From contig CBDFJF010000002.1 of the NCBI GenBank assembly GCA_965248265.1, positions 2,432,001 to 2,496,000 on the forward strand: a stretch of DNA of 64,000 nt, written 5' to 3'. Shown in pieces: positions 1-10,809 of this stretch. The DNA is from Candidatus Latescibacterota bacterium. Its GTDB lineage: Bacteria > Latescibacterota > UBA2968 > UBA8231. The stretch's first letter is position 1. The number at the start of each line of letters is the position of its first letter. The position numbers were made by a program, and so were the translations under genes. Below the pieces are notes generated by a model. It made no database searches, was not told the DNA's origin, and was given only the letters and a program-made list of their open reading frames with translations.

Positions 1-90
1 CTCGTACGTGTCCACCTTGCAATAGCCCAGCTTCAGCGCGAGTTGCACGGAGACTTCATTTGCAGCGTCCCAATGCGCCTCCAAGCATCC
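1..90 (-). pseudogene. C-terminal fragment of a GNAT-family acetyltransferase (runs off the window edge)
   Basis: Minus-strand translation CLEAHWDAANEVSVQLALKLGYCKVDTYE matches the WDxxNxxSxxLAxKLGY GNAT tail; no convincing N-terminal part upstream. Confidence 0.4.
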
Positions 91-247
91 ACGAATACCC
101 GCATGCGCCGATGTTCGGCAAACAGTGGTGCCGCGGCGTTGGGTTTTCCGAGTCCATATGAAGAACATAACGCCAGGAATAGGTCGGGCGGAAACAAGCT
201 GTGCCCATCGGATTCCGCCTTTGATTCCCACCGCCGACGCCGTCTCC

Positions 248-2263
248 CTAGTACGCGACGGAGACGACCCCCGCCCTCGTCCACCATCTGTCGTCGGTGT
301 GGACTTTGACCTGCAACAGATAGGCTCCGGGAGACACCAGGCGGCCGGCATCGTCGCGGCCGTCCCATCGGTGGGAGTAGGTGCCGCTGAGCTCCAGATC
401 CGTCGCCACGTGCCGCACCCGCCGACCGTCGAGCGACCATACCTGCACGTCGACGGGACGCTCGGCGATCAGGTCGTGCAGATCGAAAGAGATGGTGACC
501 TCGTCGTTGACCCCGTCGCCGTTGGGCGTGAAGGCCCGGGGGTCGACCACCAGACGCCGCACCAGGTTGCCGACGGTGGGCGTGCTCACCGAGAGGACAT
601 TTCCGTAAAACAGGATGGTGGCGTCGCCGGCGTTGATCCTCTGCTTGAGCTGTGGCTCGCCACAGTCGTAGACCCATCCGTTGAACTCGGTCCCGAAGCG
701 CAGCACCCGCGTGGTGAACTCCACCTCGATCCGCTTCTCGTGGTCCCTGAGGCGGTCTCCCAGCCGGTCGAAGGAGAAGATCACCCTGTCCTCCCGAATC
801 TCGGGGGGAAACCGGTCGAGGATCTCTTCGCCCCCTATCCGCAGCGAGTGGACCTGGGCCCACGTGCCCGTGAACAGCTCCAGACAGTCGAAGCCGCTGC
901 TGTCATCCCCGAGGAGAATCCGTGCCACGTAGGAGAATCGGTGCGGCTCGAAGTCGTCCACGTGGATGGGCCAGACTTCGGCGATGACATCCGTCGCCGC
1001 AGGCTCCTCCGCGAACAGCAGGGACAGATCATCCAGGCGTGGGGTCCGGTCGTGTGATGCCTCGATGGCGACTTCGATCTGGAAGTAGCGCCTCGGCCCC
1101 GGCGACAGCAGCTGGGTGCCGTCCATCCAGGCGGCGGCCGGCGACTCTTCATCGATCAGGCCGGAGACGAAGTTGTAGGTGCTCGACCAGAAACTCCAGG
1201 CTACTCTCACCGGGTCCGTCTCGTCGGTGGTGCCGGTGCGGGTGCGCAGCTTCAACCTGGTGCCGCGAGGCTGCGTCCCCCGCCAGCGGATCTTGCTCAA
1301 GGCCACGGGTTGTCCGAAGTCCAGGATCTGCGAGCGGTACACGGAGGAGTTGATGTACCCCTCGCCGTAGACCTCGATTTCTGCCACCTCCCAGGTCCGC
1401 TCGGGGATGTAGGGGCGCAGGGAGACGAACCGCAGGTTGCGCAGGTTGAAGCGGACGTCGATGACGACATCCAGGTTCTCCCGGGTCTGGACCACCGCGT
1501 CGAATTTCGGGTCCGTGTCCGACGTGTAGGTGTACCCCGTCTGCTCGGCAAACCCCTTGGTGGTGATGCCGCCCGCTTCGTTGCCGGCCACGGCTATCTC
1601 AAACCACTCGAGGAAGTTGTCGGCAAAGCTGCGATCCCCGAAGAGGTCGAGGGCGGGCCTCGGCTCGTCCATTTCAGCGATGAGGTCGGCGTCTTTCTCC
1701 CGGCCCAAACGGGGATAGACGCGTACTCGGTTGATCGGCATCTCTCTGTCGAAGTTCAGGATCGTCGCCGTGGCGTTCCCCTTCAAGCGAGCCGACTCGG
1801 ATACCTCCCCCCTCTCCTTGGGAATCACCACCCGCCGGGCCGTCGTCGGGTCTCCATCGGTTAGGGCTATGAGGTCGGAACTGGGCTTGCCCCCCGAGTT
1901 GTTGGACTGCTGAATCGTTCCTCCCCAGGCTTGGAGCTTGTGGAGCAAGGCCAGGTTCTCGTGGGGATCGATCCATACGGCCTCCAGCACGCCCTCTTCC
2001 ATGGACGGCACCAGAGAGCCGTAAAAGCCCTCCTCGGGCCGCGGAATCGGCGCGCCGCCCATCAACGTCAGTACCGGACGCTCCTCGAGCACACGACCGG
2101 CACTGTCGACGACCGCGTAGAACTGTTTGACCTCGCCTTCCACGTCCGGTATGAGCAGTTCCTTCCATGAGCCTTGCCCGACCCCCATGTGGAACTCGGC
2201 ACGGCTCCAGAGCGCGCTGGTAAGGGCCAGCAGCAGGAAACCTGTCAGCCATGCTCTGGGCAT
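248..2263 (-). CDS. Secreted protein with C-terminal FlgD Ig-like domain
   Basis: ATG at 2263 preceded by GGAG; signal peptide MPRAWLTGFLLLALTSALWSRA; C-terminal FTPNGDGVND...WDGRDDAG.LVSPGAY motif. Confidence 0.85.
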   Translation of the reverse strand: MPRAWLTGFLLLALTSALWSRAEFHMGVGQGSWKELLIPDVEGEVKQFYAVVDSAGRVLEERPVLTLMGGAPIPRPEEGFYGSLVPSMEEGVLEAVWIDPHENLALLHKLQAWGGTIQQSNNSGGKPSSDLIALTDGDPTTARRVVIPKERGEVSESARLKGNATATILNFDREMPINRVRVYPRLGREKDADLIAEMDEPRPALDLFGDRSFADNFLEWFEIAVAGNEAGGITTKGFAEQTGYTYTSDTDPKFDAVVQTRENLDVVIDVRFNLRNLRFVSLRPYIPERTWEVAEIEVYGEGYINSSVYRSQILDFGQPVALSKIRWRGTQPRGTRLKLRTRTGTTDETDPVRVAWSFWSSTYNFVSGLIDEESPAAAWMDGTQLLSPGPRRYFQIEVAIEASHDRTPRLDDLSLLFAEEPAATDVIAEVWPIHVDDFEPHRFSYVARILLGDDSSGFDCLELFTGTWAQVHSLRIGGEEILDRFPPEIREDRVIFSFDRLGDRLRDHEKRIEVEFTTRVLRFGTEFNGWVYDCGEPQLKQRINAGDATILFYGNVLSVSTPTVGNLVRRLVVDPRAFTPNGDGVNDEVTISFDLHDLIAERPVDVQVWSLDGRRVRHVATDLELSGTYSHRWDGRDDAGRLVSPGAYLLQVKVHTDDRWWTRAGVVSVAY

Positions 2264-2728
2264 ACCGTGTCTCCGCTGATGCCCTGGTGGGGAGATACGA
2301 GGCCGGTGTTCCGACAAGGCGTGGCCCCCTCAACACAGTCGGTGCAGGATGAGGGTGCGCCGATCCGCCATCTGGGCGGCAACCCGTGTGCCAGAAGGAG
2401 AGGGACCAAAAAAACAACGAGTTACGAATTCCCAGCAAGATGGTGACCGCGCCAGACTGTCCGGTGACCCATGCTCAGCCTCATTGTACATAGAGGCGGC
2501 CAACCAGCGCAATGTAAACTCTGGGTAACAATCGGAGACCCGCGTATCAAACATGAGTTGCTATAACACATTCTTTACAAGAACAGGTAAAACACCATCT
2601 CCCAGTCGGCTTGGACTACTGATAATGACCGCTTGTCGTTCTTCGTCCCTGGTGGGGGACGATCCTGGGGGATAGTACAGCGCCCGTGCGGCGCATCGCA
2701 CGCTTTCTGCACGACCTGATGGTGCCAT

Positions 2729-2990
2729 ATGACTCGTGAGCTGGTGAAAGTCGCGGCCGTCCTCACGCTGGGAGCTCTCGCTCCCCCCGCGATTGGGGTA
2801 TCCTTCTCCCCGAAAGCGATCATTCAATCGGGTGCTGCTCCCGCCACCGAAAAGCTCGCGGCTCGCGAGATCCAGCGCTATGTCTACCTGATCACGGGAA
2901 CACACGTCAGGATAACCGACGATCCACCCCCCGGTTGACGCGATTGTTGTGACCGCACTCGCGACCGCGCGGGCGAGGCTGTCCCCAAGC
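2729..2990 (+). pseudogene. Truncated N-terminus of a secreted glycoside-hydrolase-like protein (GH20/GH67-type N-terminal domain)
   Basis: Signal peptide then EKLAAREIQRYVYLITG; stop at 2938 just after a C-run; shifted frame continues VDAIVV and then decays. Confidence 0.55.
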
Positions 2991-3076
2991 TGGAGCTGTT
3001 GGGTTGCCGATCTTGAGCAGCTGCACCATGCTTCAGCGCGGGTATGCCGCTATCAGATTAACTCAGGAGACGACGG

Positions 3077-4237
3077 ATGGCCTCCGGACGGAAATACCGT
3101 GTCGGCATCATCGGCACCGGGCTCAAGGGTGTGCAGCACGCCCAGGCATTCGCCCAGAATCCCGCCGCCGAGGTTGTCGCCGGCGCCGACACCGATGCCG
3201 ACAACCTGGCGCTCTTCGGCAGGTGGTTCGGGTTCTCCAGCGGCCTCTACTTCGACTATCACGAGATGCTGGCGAACGAGGAGTTGGACATCGTCTGTCC
3301 GATCCTGCCGACCAGCGTCAATCCGGATGCCGTGGTGGCCGTCGCCGAGTCGGGGGTGAGTGGGGTTTTGTGCGAAAAGCCGATCGCCGCCACACTGGCC
3401 GACGCCGACCGCATGGTCGAGGCCTGCCGCGTCAACGGCGTCAAGTTCGGGGCCGGCGACATGTATCGCTGCTACGAGCAGTTGTGGCGGGCGCGAGAGT
3501 TGATCGACGCCGGTGAGATCGGCGGCATGGTTTCGATCGTCAACCACGGTCCTGCCAGCTCCGGCAACGGATGTCAGGACCTGAGCGTCGTCCGCCTGTT
3601 CGCCGGGGACGCACCGGTGGAATGGGTCGTTGGCTGGTCCAACGGAACCCCCCTGGATTCGGACCTGGGCACCGTGAATGCGTCCAGTGACCACGACCAG
3701 CAGCTGGGCGGGGTGATCCGTTTCGCCACCGGCATCTCGGCTCACATCGTCGATAGGCCCGGTCCTCTCAAGGGAGTGCAGGTCAACTGCGAGAGGGGCC
3801 TGTTCACGACCGACTACCGGTCATTTTGTCTGCTCAAGCGGGCCGAGCATGCGGGTAAGCGAAGGAGTCTGGATGACCTTGATAAAGTGCCCGACATCTT
3901 CGAGGACACCGTCGACTGGGGCGGCAACGATGGGGACGGCTACGATGAGGATGGCTGGCTGATGTTGGCCTCGCGCCAGGCTTCCACTGCGCAGTCGATG
4001 ATCGACGCTCTCGACAAGGACATTGAACCCAGAGCGAGTGGGGCGAACGGCCGCGATGTGCTGGAGCTGGCCATCGCCCTGCGGGAATCGGAGCGCCGCG
4101 GCTTCGCGCCGGTAAGGCTGCCTCTGGAAGATCGTTCCCTGCAGATCATGGCGGCGGCCACCCGCATGCACTACAAGCGGAAGATCAGAGGGGACGCATG
4201 GTACACCGCGCAGCTGGCGAGACAGAAACGGGATTGA
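3077..4237 (+). CDS. Gfo/Idh/MocA family oxidoreductase
   Basis: VGIIGTG Rossmann motif, CEKP motif, AGGAG RBS. Confidence 0.9.
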   Translation: MASGRKYRVGIIGTGLKGVQHAQAFAQNPAAEVVAGADTDADNLALFGRWFGFSSGLYFDYHEMLANEELDIVCPILPTSVNPDAVVAVAESGVSGVLCEKPIAATLADADRMVEACRVNGVKFGAGDMYRCYEQLWRARELIDAGEIGGMVSIVNHGPASSGNGCQDLSVVRLFAGDAPVEWVVGWSNGTPLDSDLGTVNASSDHDQQLGGVIRFATGISAHIVDRPGPLKGVQVNCERGLFTTDYRSFCLLKRAEHAGKRRSLDDLDKVPDIFEDTVDWGGNDGDGYDEDGWLMLASRQASTAQSMIDALDKDIEPRASGANGRDVLELAIALRESERRGFAPVRLPLEDRSLQIMAAATRMHYKRKIRGDAWYTAQLARQKRD

Positions 4238-4329
4238 GTGGCCGCAGTCGATCTCACCAGGCTTCTTTCTGCTGCTGAAACCAATCTTACCGGGTTTCTA
4301 AATCGCTTGGAGGTCTGGTGTCGAGTAGA

Positions 4330-4624
4330 ACTCGGTCCTTTCTCGAAGGTGTCGGCCTCCCTGCCCGGCCGCCACCAATTGCCCCGGCACGATCCGACCC
4401 CCAATCCGAGTTCGAGTTTGCGGCCTGAGCTGACGGTACTGCTGCGGCCTGGCCGCCCACCGACGCTCAGAAACCGCTTTTTTCGCAATCCGAAATCCGT
4501 TCGACTAAACGAAATTCTGACCTGAGCCCATCATGCCGATCAGGAAATCCCTCAAAAAAACACCATCGACAACACAAGGTGGACCTTCCAAACTAGCGAT
4601 AATGTGCGTTATTCTTCCTATCCG
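4330..4624 (+). mobile_element. IS91/ISCR-family 3' remnant (transposase C-terminus plus oriIS-like end)
   Basis: 4330-4428 encodes TRSFLEGVGLPARPPPIAPARSDPQSEFEFAA*, homologous to the end of the 33626-35061 transposase; ends GCGTTATTCTTCCTATCCG at 4624. Confidence 0.8.
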
Positions 4625-4783
4625 TCCCCGAGCCCAGATGAAATTCGGCGCGAGCCCACAGTGGCTGCCCGAAAGCTCAAGAGGAAATTACATCGAATCC
4701 ATTGATGAGGCCTACGACCGGCGTCACGCCGGAGAAGTCATCCGTGCCGCCATGACCGACTACGAGGAGCAGTTCGGCTAGAG

Positions 4784-6667
4784 ATGCTCGATCGCCTTGG
4801 TGCTGGGGCGGCAGCGGGCTTGCTCCTGGCGACATTCGGTATCTTCGCTTTGGTCGTCTGTAAGAGCGCCTGGCTTTGCGACGACGCTTTCGTTACCTGG
4901 CGTACGGTAGACAACTGGGTCGGCGGCTACGGGTTGACCTGGAATTCTGCTGAGCGAGTGCAGGCGAACACGCATCCACTGTGGATGTTCCTGTTGGCCG
5001 CGTGTCATTCCCTCACCGGAGAGTTCTACTACACAACCATAGCACTGTCACTGGGGCTTTCACTGGCCTCCGCAATCCTCCTGCACGCTGGCGCCGTATC
5101 GACGGCCAGTGCGGCAATCGGGATCGGCGTCCTCATTTCCTCCAAAGCCTTCGTCGACTACTCCACCTCCGGTCTCGAGAACCCGCTGCTTCATCTATTC
5201 CTCGTCCTCTTCGCCAGGAGTTACTTCACCGTCACCCCCGCGGCCGGCAGACATCGCGCCCTATCTGTCAGCGCCGGTCTGTGTGCCTTCACACGTATGG
5301 ATGCCTTGCTGCTGCTGGCGCCAGCCCTAGTCTGCTCCGCACGGACAGTGCCCTGGCGGCAGGCCCTTGTCTGGATCGTCGCCGGCTTCGTACCGCTAGT
5401 CCTCTGGATCTGCTTCTCACTCTTCTACTATGGCTCCCCCGTACCCAATACGGCCTATGCCAAGCTCAATACCGGGATCGCCCCAGCGAATTTGATAGAG
5501 CAGGGCCTTGCCTATCTGTACAACTCGCTGCGCCTGGATCCGCCGACGCTGGCGACGGCGGCATTGGGCGTAAGTGTGGCAGCATTTGCCGGTAGCGGAC
5601 GGGCCTTGGGCATGGGGGCAATCCTCTATCTTGGTTACCTCATCTTCATCGGTGGTGATTTCATGAGCGGGCGCTTGCTCAGCCCGCTGCTGCTGATCGG
5701 TGCCGCGCTCATCGTCCGCGTCGACTTCAAACGCGCATGGCTTCCAGTCGCCGTTGCGCTTGGCCTCGCTCTTGTGGCCACTCCCACATCACCCCTGCGT
5801 GCCGGCATCGACTACGGCCGGCAGCCGTCGAATCTGACGGTCGTGCACGGCATCGCCGACGAGCGCGCTCACTACTACTCCGCCACCGGACTGTTCGCCC
5901 CTGGCCGCAGGCCGCTCGCCGAACACCCAATGGCCTTGGCTGGGCGCCGGGCGCGAGAGCAGGGAGTGAGTCCGATCACGGCCGGGAACATCGGCATCTT
6001 CGGTTACTACGCCGGCCCGCGGATCCATGTTCTCGACGGCTTCGCGCTGGCGGATCCGCTGCTGGCGCGGCTGCCGATCCGCAGTATCCAGTGGCGGATC
6101 GGTCATTTCGTACGAGCGCTGCCCGACGGCTATCGGCAGACGTTGGCCTCGGGGCACAACCAGATCGCCGATACCCGGATCAGAGCCTACTACGAGGTCA
6201 TGCGCCAAATCGTACGTGGCCCGTTGTTTTCCTGGTACCGGCTCCGCCTTGTGTGGCGGCTCAACACGGGTCACTACGACGAACTGGTCGAGCCCCTGTA
6301 CCGGTCTCGGAACGCGCAGGTGTTGGGTTTTGAACTGCTGGCCGCAGGGACGCCGGAGCGGGCGCTACCGATATTCAGACAGGCGGTGGAACTCGACCCG
6401 GCACGGGCCGCAGCCTGGTACGGACTAGCCCGCGCTCAGCGACTGCTAGGGCGCGATGAAGCCGCTCTCGAGCCGTTGCTGCGGGCTTTCGCTCGCCAGC
6501 CGCAGATGCCGGTATTCGCGAACGAGCTGGTCGAGCTCGCTGCCGCCTTCGACGAACGGGGAGAGGTTTCCACCGCGCGCTCCCTCTACCGCGCCTACCT
6601 GCAGGAACATCCGGCCGACAGCCAGGTGGCCGACCGTCTCCACGCCCTCTCGGAGTCCGGTAAATGA
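4784..6667 (+). CDS. GT-C membrane glycosyltransferase (AftB-like) with C-terminal TPR
   Basis: DDAFVTWRTVDN...WNSAERVQANTHPLW and YSTSGLENPL motifs, many TM helices, TPR-like tail. Confidence 0.8.
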   Translation: MLDRLGAGAAAGLLLATFGIFALVVCKSAWLCDDAFVTWRTVDNWVGGYGLTWNSAERVQANTHPLWMFLLAACHSLTGEFYYTTIALSLGLSLASAILLHAGAVSTASAAIGIGVLISSKAFVDYSTSGLENPLLHLFLVLFARSYFTVTPAAGRHRALSVSAGLCAFTRMDALLLLAPALVCSARTVPWRQALVWIVAGFVPLVLWICFSLFYYGSPVPNTAYAKLNTGIAPANLIEQGLAYLYNSLRLDPPTLATAALGVSVAAFAGSGRALGMGAILYLGYLIFIGGDFMSGRLLSPLLLIGAALIVRVDFKRAWLPVAVALGLALVATPTSPLRAGIDYGRQPSNLTVVHGIADERAHYYSATGLFAPGRRPLAEHPMALAGRRAREQGVSPITAGNIGIFGYYAGPRIHVLDGFALADPLLARLPIRSIQWRIGHFVRALPDGYRQTLASGHNQIADTRIRAYYEVMRQIVRGPLFSWYRLRLVWRLNTGHYDELVEPLYRSRNAQVLGFELLAAGTPERALPIFRQAVELDPARAAAWYGLARAQRLLGRDEAALEPLLRAFARQPQMPVFANELVELAAAFDERGEVSTARSLYRAYLQEHPADSQVADRLHALSESGK

Positions 6668-9031
6668 GTGATGCCTGACCATACCCATCAAAGCGCCCGC
6701 GCTACCCGGCTGCTCCTAGTCGGGCTGGTGGCCACGACAGCGATCAAGCTGTGGGTCGTCGACCATGGCCTTCCCTTCATATATGAAGAGGCGACGCCGG
6801 TACGGCAGGCCTGGGAGATGTGGAATTGGGGCAATCCGAGCTTCGACCCAAACCCGGCCTTCTTCAACTACCCCGCCCTCACCTTCCACCTCAACTGGCT
6901 CGCCCAGGCAGTCTGCTACGCATTCGGGTCCATCATCGGGTCGGAGACTACGGCCGCGTGGGAATCGATTCCGGAGATAGCGCCTGAGGCTGTCCTCATC
7001 GGGCGCGTCATCAGCCTCATCTTCGGGGTGGCCGCCGCTTGGGGCGTGTACCGCGTCGGTCGGCTCTTGCTGCCGGCTACGTGGGCGGCTTGGTCGGGTG
7101 TCGCAGCGTCGGTCATGCTGTTGCCGGTGAAATTCAGCCTCATCAGCACCGTCGATCTTCCACTCCTCTTCTTCACCACGCTGGCTCTGTACGACATCGC
7201 CGTCCTGCCGTGGCGGCAGCGACTCGAATACCATCTACGCATCGGTCTGTGGATCGCGCTTGCTGCTGCGTGCAAATACACGGGTGCAGTCCTCGCCGTC
7301 CCGTACGTCCTCTGCGGGCTCTGTCTGTCTGGAGCACCGCGGTGGCGCTGGCTGTGGAGTCGCCGACCCTGGCTGGCCGGTGCAGTGACGTTGGTCGTCT
7401 TCTTTGCGATAAACCCTTTCATCCTGCTCGACTATCCTGCATTCTCACTCCAATTCGGCTTTGAGCGTTGGCACATGATCCTGGGTCACTTCGGCCAGCG
7501 CGATCCTGCCCACGTCGTCTATTCCATCGCCATCTTCAGAAACCTCGGCTTGCCCCTGGCGCTCTTCGCACTCGTGGGTATCGCGCCCGCGTTCTTGGGC
7601 CGGAACAGGCGGCAATGGCTGCCCCTGCTAGTTTTCGCGCTGGCTTACATCGTGTTGCTTGGCCTGTTCGCGACCAGCTTCGATCACTACCTGCTCCCCG
7701 TACTGCCCGTACTGTTGCTGCTGTCGGTCACCGGCTTGCGTACGGCGCTGATGGCCTTGCGTCGCCGCACGCACCGCTCGGTGCCGGCGACGGCCGTCCT
7801 GCTCGCTTGTCTCGTCTGGCTCGCCTGGCCCTCGGCCCAGGCTATCCTCGACCGGCGCCTTCCCGATACCCGGACGTTGGCGGGCCGTTGGATTCAGCAG
7901 AACGTCCCCGCCGGGTCAACGTTCGCCAGCGAGATGCTCTCACCGGCGGCAAGTTCTCACCATCCCCGCGTCCTGATTCCCATGCACTCGACGGCACCTG
8001 AAATCACACGGCCCTTTTACCGCCCGGGTTGGTATGAACCCTTCGACTACTTCCTTGTCAGCGCCGCGGTCTCGAGCCGCTATCAGGCGGAACCCTACCG
8101 CTTCCCGGCCCAGGTTTCGCTCTACCAGGTACTCTCAGATCGGTGGGAGATCGTGCACTGGCAGTCCGCGGGCGATAACCCGGGACCAGACATCTGGATA
8201 TACCGCAACCCCGAGGCCGATGGGCACGATGCGCGGGCGTATTCCGACAAGCTCTACGACGAACTTGCCGCCGCGCCGGAGCAGACGGGCAAGAGGTTTC
8301 TGGACAATGTGGCGGCCGTACTCCTGGAGTCCGGGAATCTCTATCTCGCGGCCGACGTCTACGACTATCTGGTCCGCAATTTTCCGGAACAGACCAACTA
8401 CCGGCTTCGCTACGCCGATGTTCTCCAGCGTCTCGGCAAACCGGATTGGGCTGCCGGGTTGCTCGAGTCAAGCACCCTCGATGACGGGCATGATCAGGCC
8501 GTGCTCCACTACTACCGTGGCGAATACGACCGAGCGGCCGAGATATGGTCTCGACTGGCCGAGAGTGCGCCGGAGGACTTAGTGAGCAGAACCAACCTGG
8601 CGGCTGCCAACACGGCGCGCGGCGACACGGCTGAGGCGATCCGCTGGCATCGCGAGGCGCTTGCCGTGAATCCGAAAGACCTTGCCACCATCGAGGCCCT
8701 GGGAGAGCTGCAACTGGCCACCGGGGCGCTGGCCGACGCCGCTGACATCTACGGGTACGGCCTCGAGATCGACTCGACGAATGTCACCTTCTACCTCAAC
8801 CTGGGCATTGCCCGCGTCCGGTTGGGTGACACCGTCGGTGCAGTGCAGGTCTGGAAAGCAGGGATGGCCGCCGTTCCCGATTCGCCGAGATTGCCCAACA
8901 ACCTGGCCGTGGCCTACGCGACGATGGGACAGCACGACCTGGCCATAGAGACTCTGCGTGCCGCCGTGCAAGCGCACCCGGATGTGCTCTATCTTCGGGA
9001 AAGGCTCTCGGCATTGAAGCGGCAACGGTGA
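6668..9031 (+). CDS. GT39/ArnT(PMT_2)-like membrane glycosyltransferase with multiple TPRs
   Basis: NPAFFNYPAL motif, AAACKY motif, TM bundle, several TPR repeats at the C-terminus; abuts the upstream gene. Confidence 0.8.
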   Translation: MMPDHTHQSARATRLLLVGLVATTAIKLWVVDHGLPFIYEEATPVRQAWEMWNWGNPSFDPNPAFFNYPALTFHLNWLAQAVCYAFGSIIGSETTAAWESIPEIAPEAVLIGRVISLIFGVAAAWGVYRVGRLLLPATWAAWSGVAASVMLLPVKFSLISTVDLPLLFFTTLALYDIAVLPWRQRLEYHLRIGLWIALAAACKYTGAVLAVPYVLCGLCLSGAPRWRWLWSRRPWLAGAVTLVVFFAINPFILLDYPAFSLQFGFERWHMILGHFGQRDPAHVVYSIAIFRNLGLPLALFALVGIAPAFLGRNRRQWLPLLVFALAYIVLLGLFATSFDHYLLPVLPVLLLLSVTGLRTALMALRRRTHRSVPATAVLLACLVWLAWPSAQAILDRRLPDTRTLAGRWIQQNVPAGSTFASEMLSPAASSHHPRVLIPMHSTAPEITRPFYRPGWYEPFDYFLVSAAVSSRYQAEPYRFPAQVSLYQVLSDRWEIVHWQSAGDNPGPDIWIYRNPEADGHDARAYSDKLYDELAAAPEQTGKRFLDNVAAVLLESGNLYLAADVYDYLVRNFPEQTNYRLRYADVLQRLGKPDWAAGLLESSTLDDGHDQAVLHYYRGEYDRAAEIWSRLAESAPEDLVSRTNLAAANTARGDTAEAIRWHREALAVNPKDLATIEALGELQLATGALADAADIYGYGLEIDSTNVTFYLNLGIARVRLGDTVGAVQVWKAGMAAVPDSPRLPNNLAVAYATMGQHDLAIETLRAAVQAHPDVLYLRERLSALKRQR

Positions 9032-9308
9032 GGTGAGCGACCAGCTTTATCCTGAACGATGAGATCATGGTGGCGCAAAGATTGGGTGAGAAAGCCAGCC
9101 CCCCTTGCGACGGAGCACCGATGTGTGATCTGAAGGAGATTCGCGCACGGGTGGGCTCGTAAGGGCATGCACGATGTCATCGGTCGGATTCGGAAGGCGT
9201 CCATGCTCGCAAAAGCCGGACTGAGTCTGGAGGTCGATTGGGACCAGATGTGTTTGACAGGCCTTGAATGGCGTGTGTTACTAGCCTTCATACAAGGGAG
9301 CATTGGTG

Positions 9309-10103
9309 ATGATCAGCGAATTCAGGCTCGATGACCTGAGTGGAATGCGGGAGGCCTATGAACGAGACGGAGCGCTCGTGGTGCGCGACGTGCTTCCTGC
9401 GGAACTGGTCGCCGAGATCAACCAGCACATCGAGTGGTTGATCGAGCGTCATCCCGAGCTGCGACCCGAGAGTCTCGGACATCAGTTGATTGCCGGAGAT
9501 CCGTTCTGGGTGCGCTTCTTGAGCGATGAGTGCCTGCTGCAAGTCGCAGAGCCGCTGGTGGGGCCCGACATCGCCTTCTTCGCCGCCGACTACATCGCCA
9601 AGCCGCCAAAAGAGGGCCTCGAAGTGCGCTGGCATCAGGACGGCAACTACTGGCCCCTCGAGCCGATGGAGGTCGTCACCGTCTGGTTTGCCGCCACCCG
9701 ATCGAGACGGGAAAACGGCTGTGTGAAGATCGTTCCGGGATCACACCGATTGGGTGAGCTGACACACCATTCGACGAGGGACCAGCCCGACCTGCTGTCG
9801 TCGGCCGTCGACCCGGGCTTGTTCGATGAAAGTGAAGCCGTGTGCGTAGAGCTCGACCCGGGCGACGTCTCCGTCCACCATCCGCTCATCCTGCACGGAT
9901 CGGATGCCAACACGAGCGCGGAATGGCGACGGGGCGGCTCGATTCAGTACATGCCGCCGTCGACGCGCATCACCTCCCCGGGCTGGTCGAGTGCGTTTCT
10001 GTTCCGGGGCAAGCCCGTTGAGGGCGTCAACAACTACCAGCCTCTGCCACGGTACGTCGCCGGAGAGCACATGCCGTTTCGAGGCTGGGAGGAGTGGGAG
10101 TAA
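9309..10103 (+). CDS. Phytanoyl-CoA dioxygenase (PhyH) family Fe(II)/2OG oxygenase
   Basis: WHQDGNYW, PGSH and HGSDAN motifs; GGGAG RBS before ATG 9309. Confidence 0.9.
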   Translation: MISEFRLDDLSGMREAYERDGALVVRDVLPAELVAEINQHIEWLIERHPELRPESLGHQLIAGDPFWVRFLSDECLLQVAEPLVGPDIAFFAADYIAKPPKEGLEVRWHQDGNYWPLEPMEVVTVWFAATRSRRENGCVKIVPGSHRLGELTHHSTRDQPDLLSSAVDPGLFDESEAVCVELDPGDVSVHHPLILHGSDANTSAEWRRGGSIQYMPPSTRITSPGWSSAFLFRGKPVEGVNNYQPLPRYVAGEHMPFRGWEEWE

Positions 10104-10120
10104 CAGCTAAAGGGCGCGAC

Positions 10121-10330
10121 CTACCAGGCCGGTCCGCCGACGCTTAGCAACGCTTCCGCCACCTGGCCGAACGGCTGGCCATCCAACTCCAATTCCATCG
10201 CAAAGGGCTGGTGATGACAAGGCCGGTCCGGTGTGATTTGCAGGACGTGTTCGACTTCGGCGCGCCCTTGCGCAGTCGTCCCGGAGGATACCTGGGTCAG
10301 GTCGCCCAGATGCACGACGGGATCCACGCC
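10121..10330 (-). pseudogene. Orphan C-terminal gene fragment of unknown family
   Basis: Protein-like ...HHQPFAMELELDGQPFGQVAEALLSVG with no RBS or N-terminus; lies just beyond an IS91 remnant end. Confidence 0.3.
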
Positions 10331-10396
10331 CAGGGCCGCAACCAGGCGGAGTGCGACCCCGGCCCGGTGAGCTAAGGGATTTTCTGAACTCGAGAC

Positions 10397-10741
10397 ATGG
10401 CCCGCACGATACGCATTCTATGGGTCTTAGAACCCACAAGCCGCGTACCTGCGCTCGTCCGGGACTTCCAGCGGTACTGATTGGACGCCGGCTCCGCGCC
10501 CCATACATCACAGGTCCTGCTGTACGGCGCTGCCCCTCTACCGAGTCGGGGATTTGCTGGGACAGGAGTCTCGGGCGTTTTCAGCGACAGATTAGGGCAC
10601 AACGGTGACGTCGTTGTGACCGCTTCAGGCGGCGAAATCCAGTTCAGGTTGGGGATGGGGGCGTGAGGGGGCGATCGGCGGTGCCCGTGATGGCAGGCCG
10701 ACGCCTTCCAGGTAGCGGGCAATGGAGCGGGGCTCGGTAAA
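10397..10741 (-). mobile_element. IS91/ISCR-family 3' remnant
   Basis: 10741-10625 encodes FTEPRSIARYLEGVGLPSRAPPIAPSRPHPQPELDFAA*; partial end motif TATCGTGC at 10411-10404, about 220 bp past the stop as in the full element. Confidence 0.75.
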
Positions 10742-10809
10742 CTCCGTAAACGAGGGAAACGGCAATAGAGGCACGAAGAGAGGAGGAAACCAAAACTCAG
10801 GAATCGCAG

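Noticed and set aside
2264-2728. Long intergenic region with repeated CCCTGGTGGGG and small hairpins as a riboswitch/ncRNA
   Set aside because: No known riboswitch consensus recognised; the repeat is only 11 bp
4533-4781. 82-aa ORF as a real gene
   Set aside because: Its 5' part lies inside the IS91 remnant end; only the portion after 4624 may be an orphan gene tail
9254-9286. TTGACA upstream of the PhyH gene as a sigma70 promoter
   Set aside because: No convincing -10 hexamer at 16-18 bp spacing
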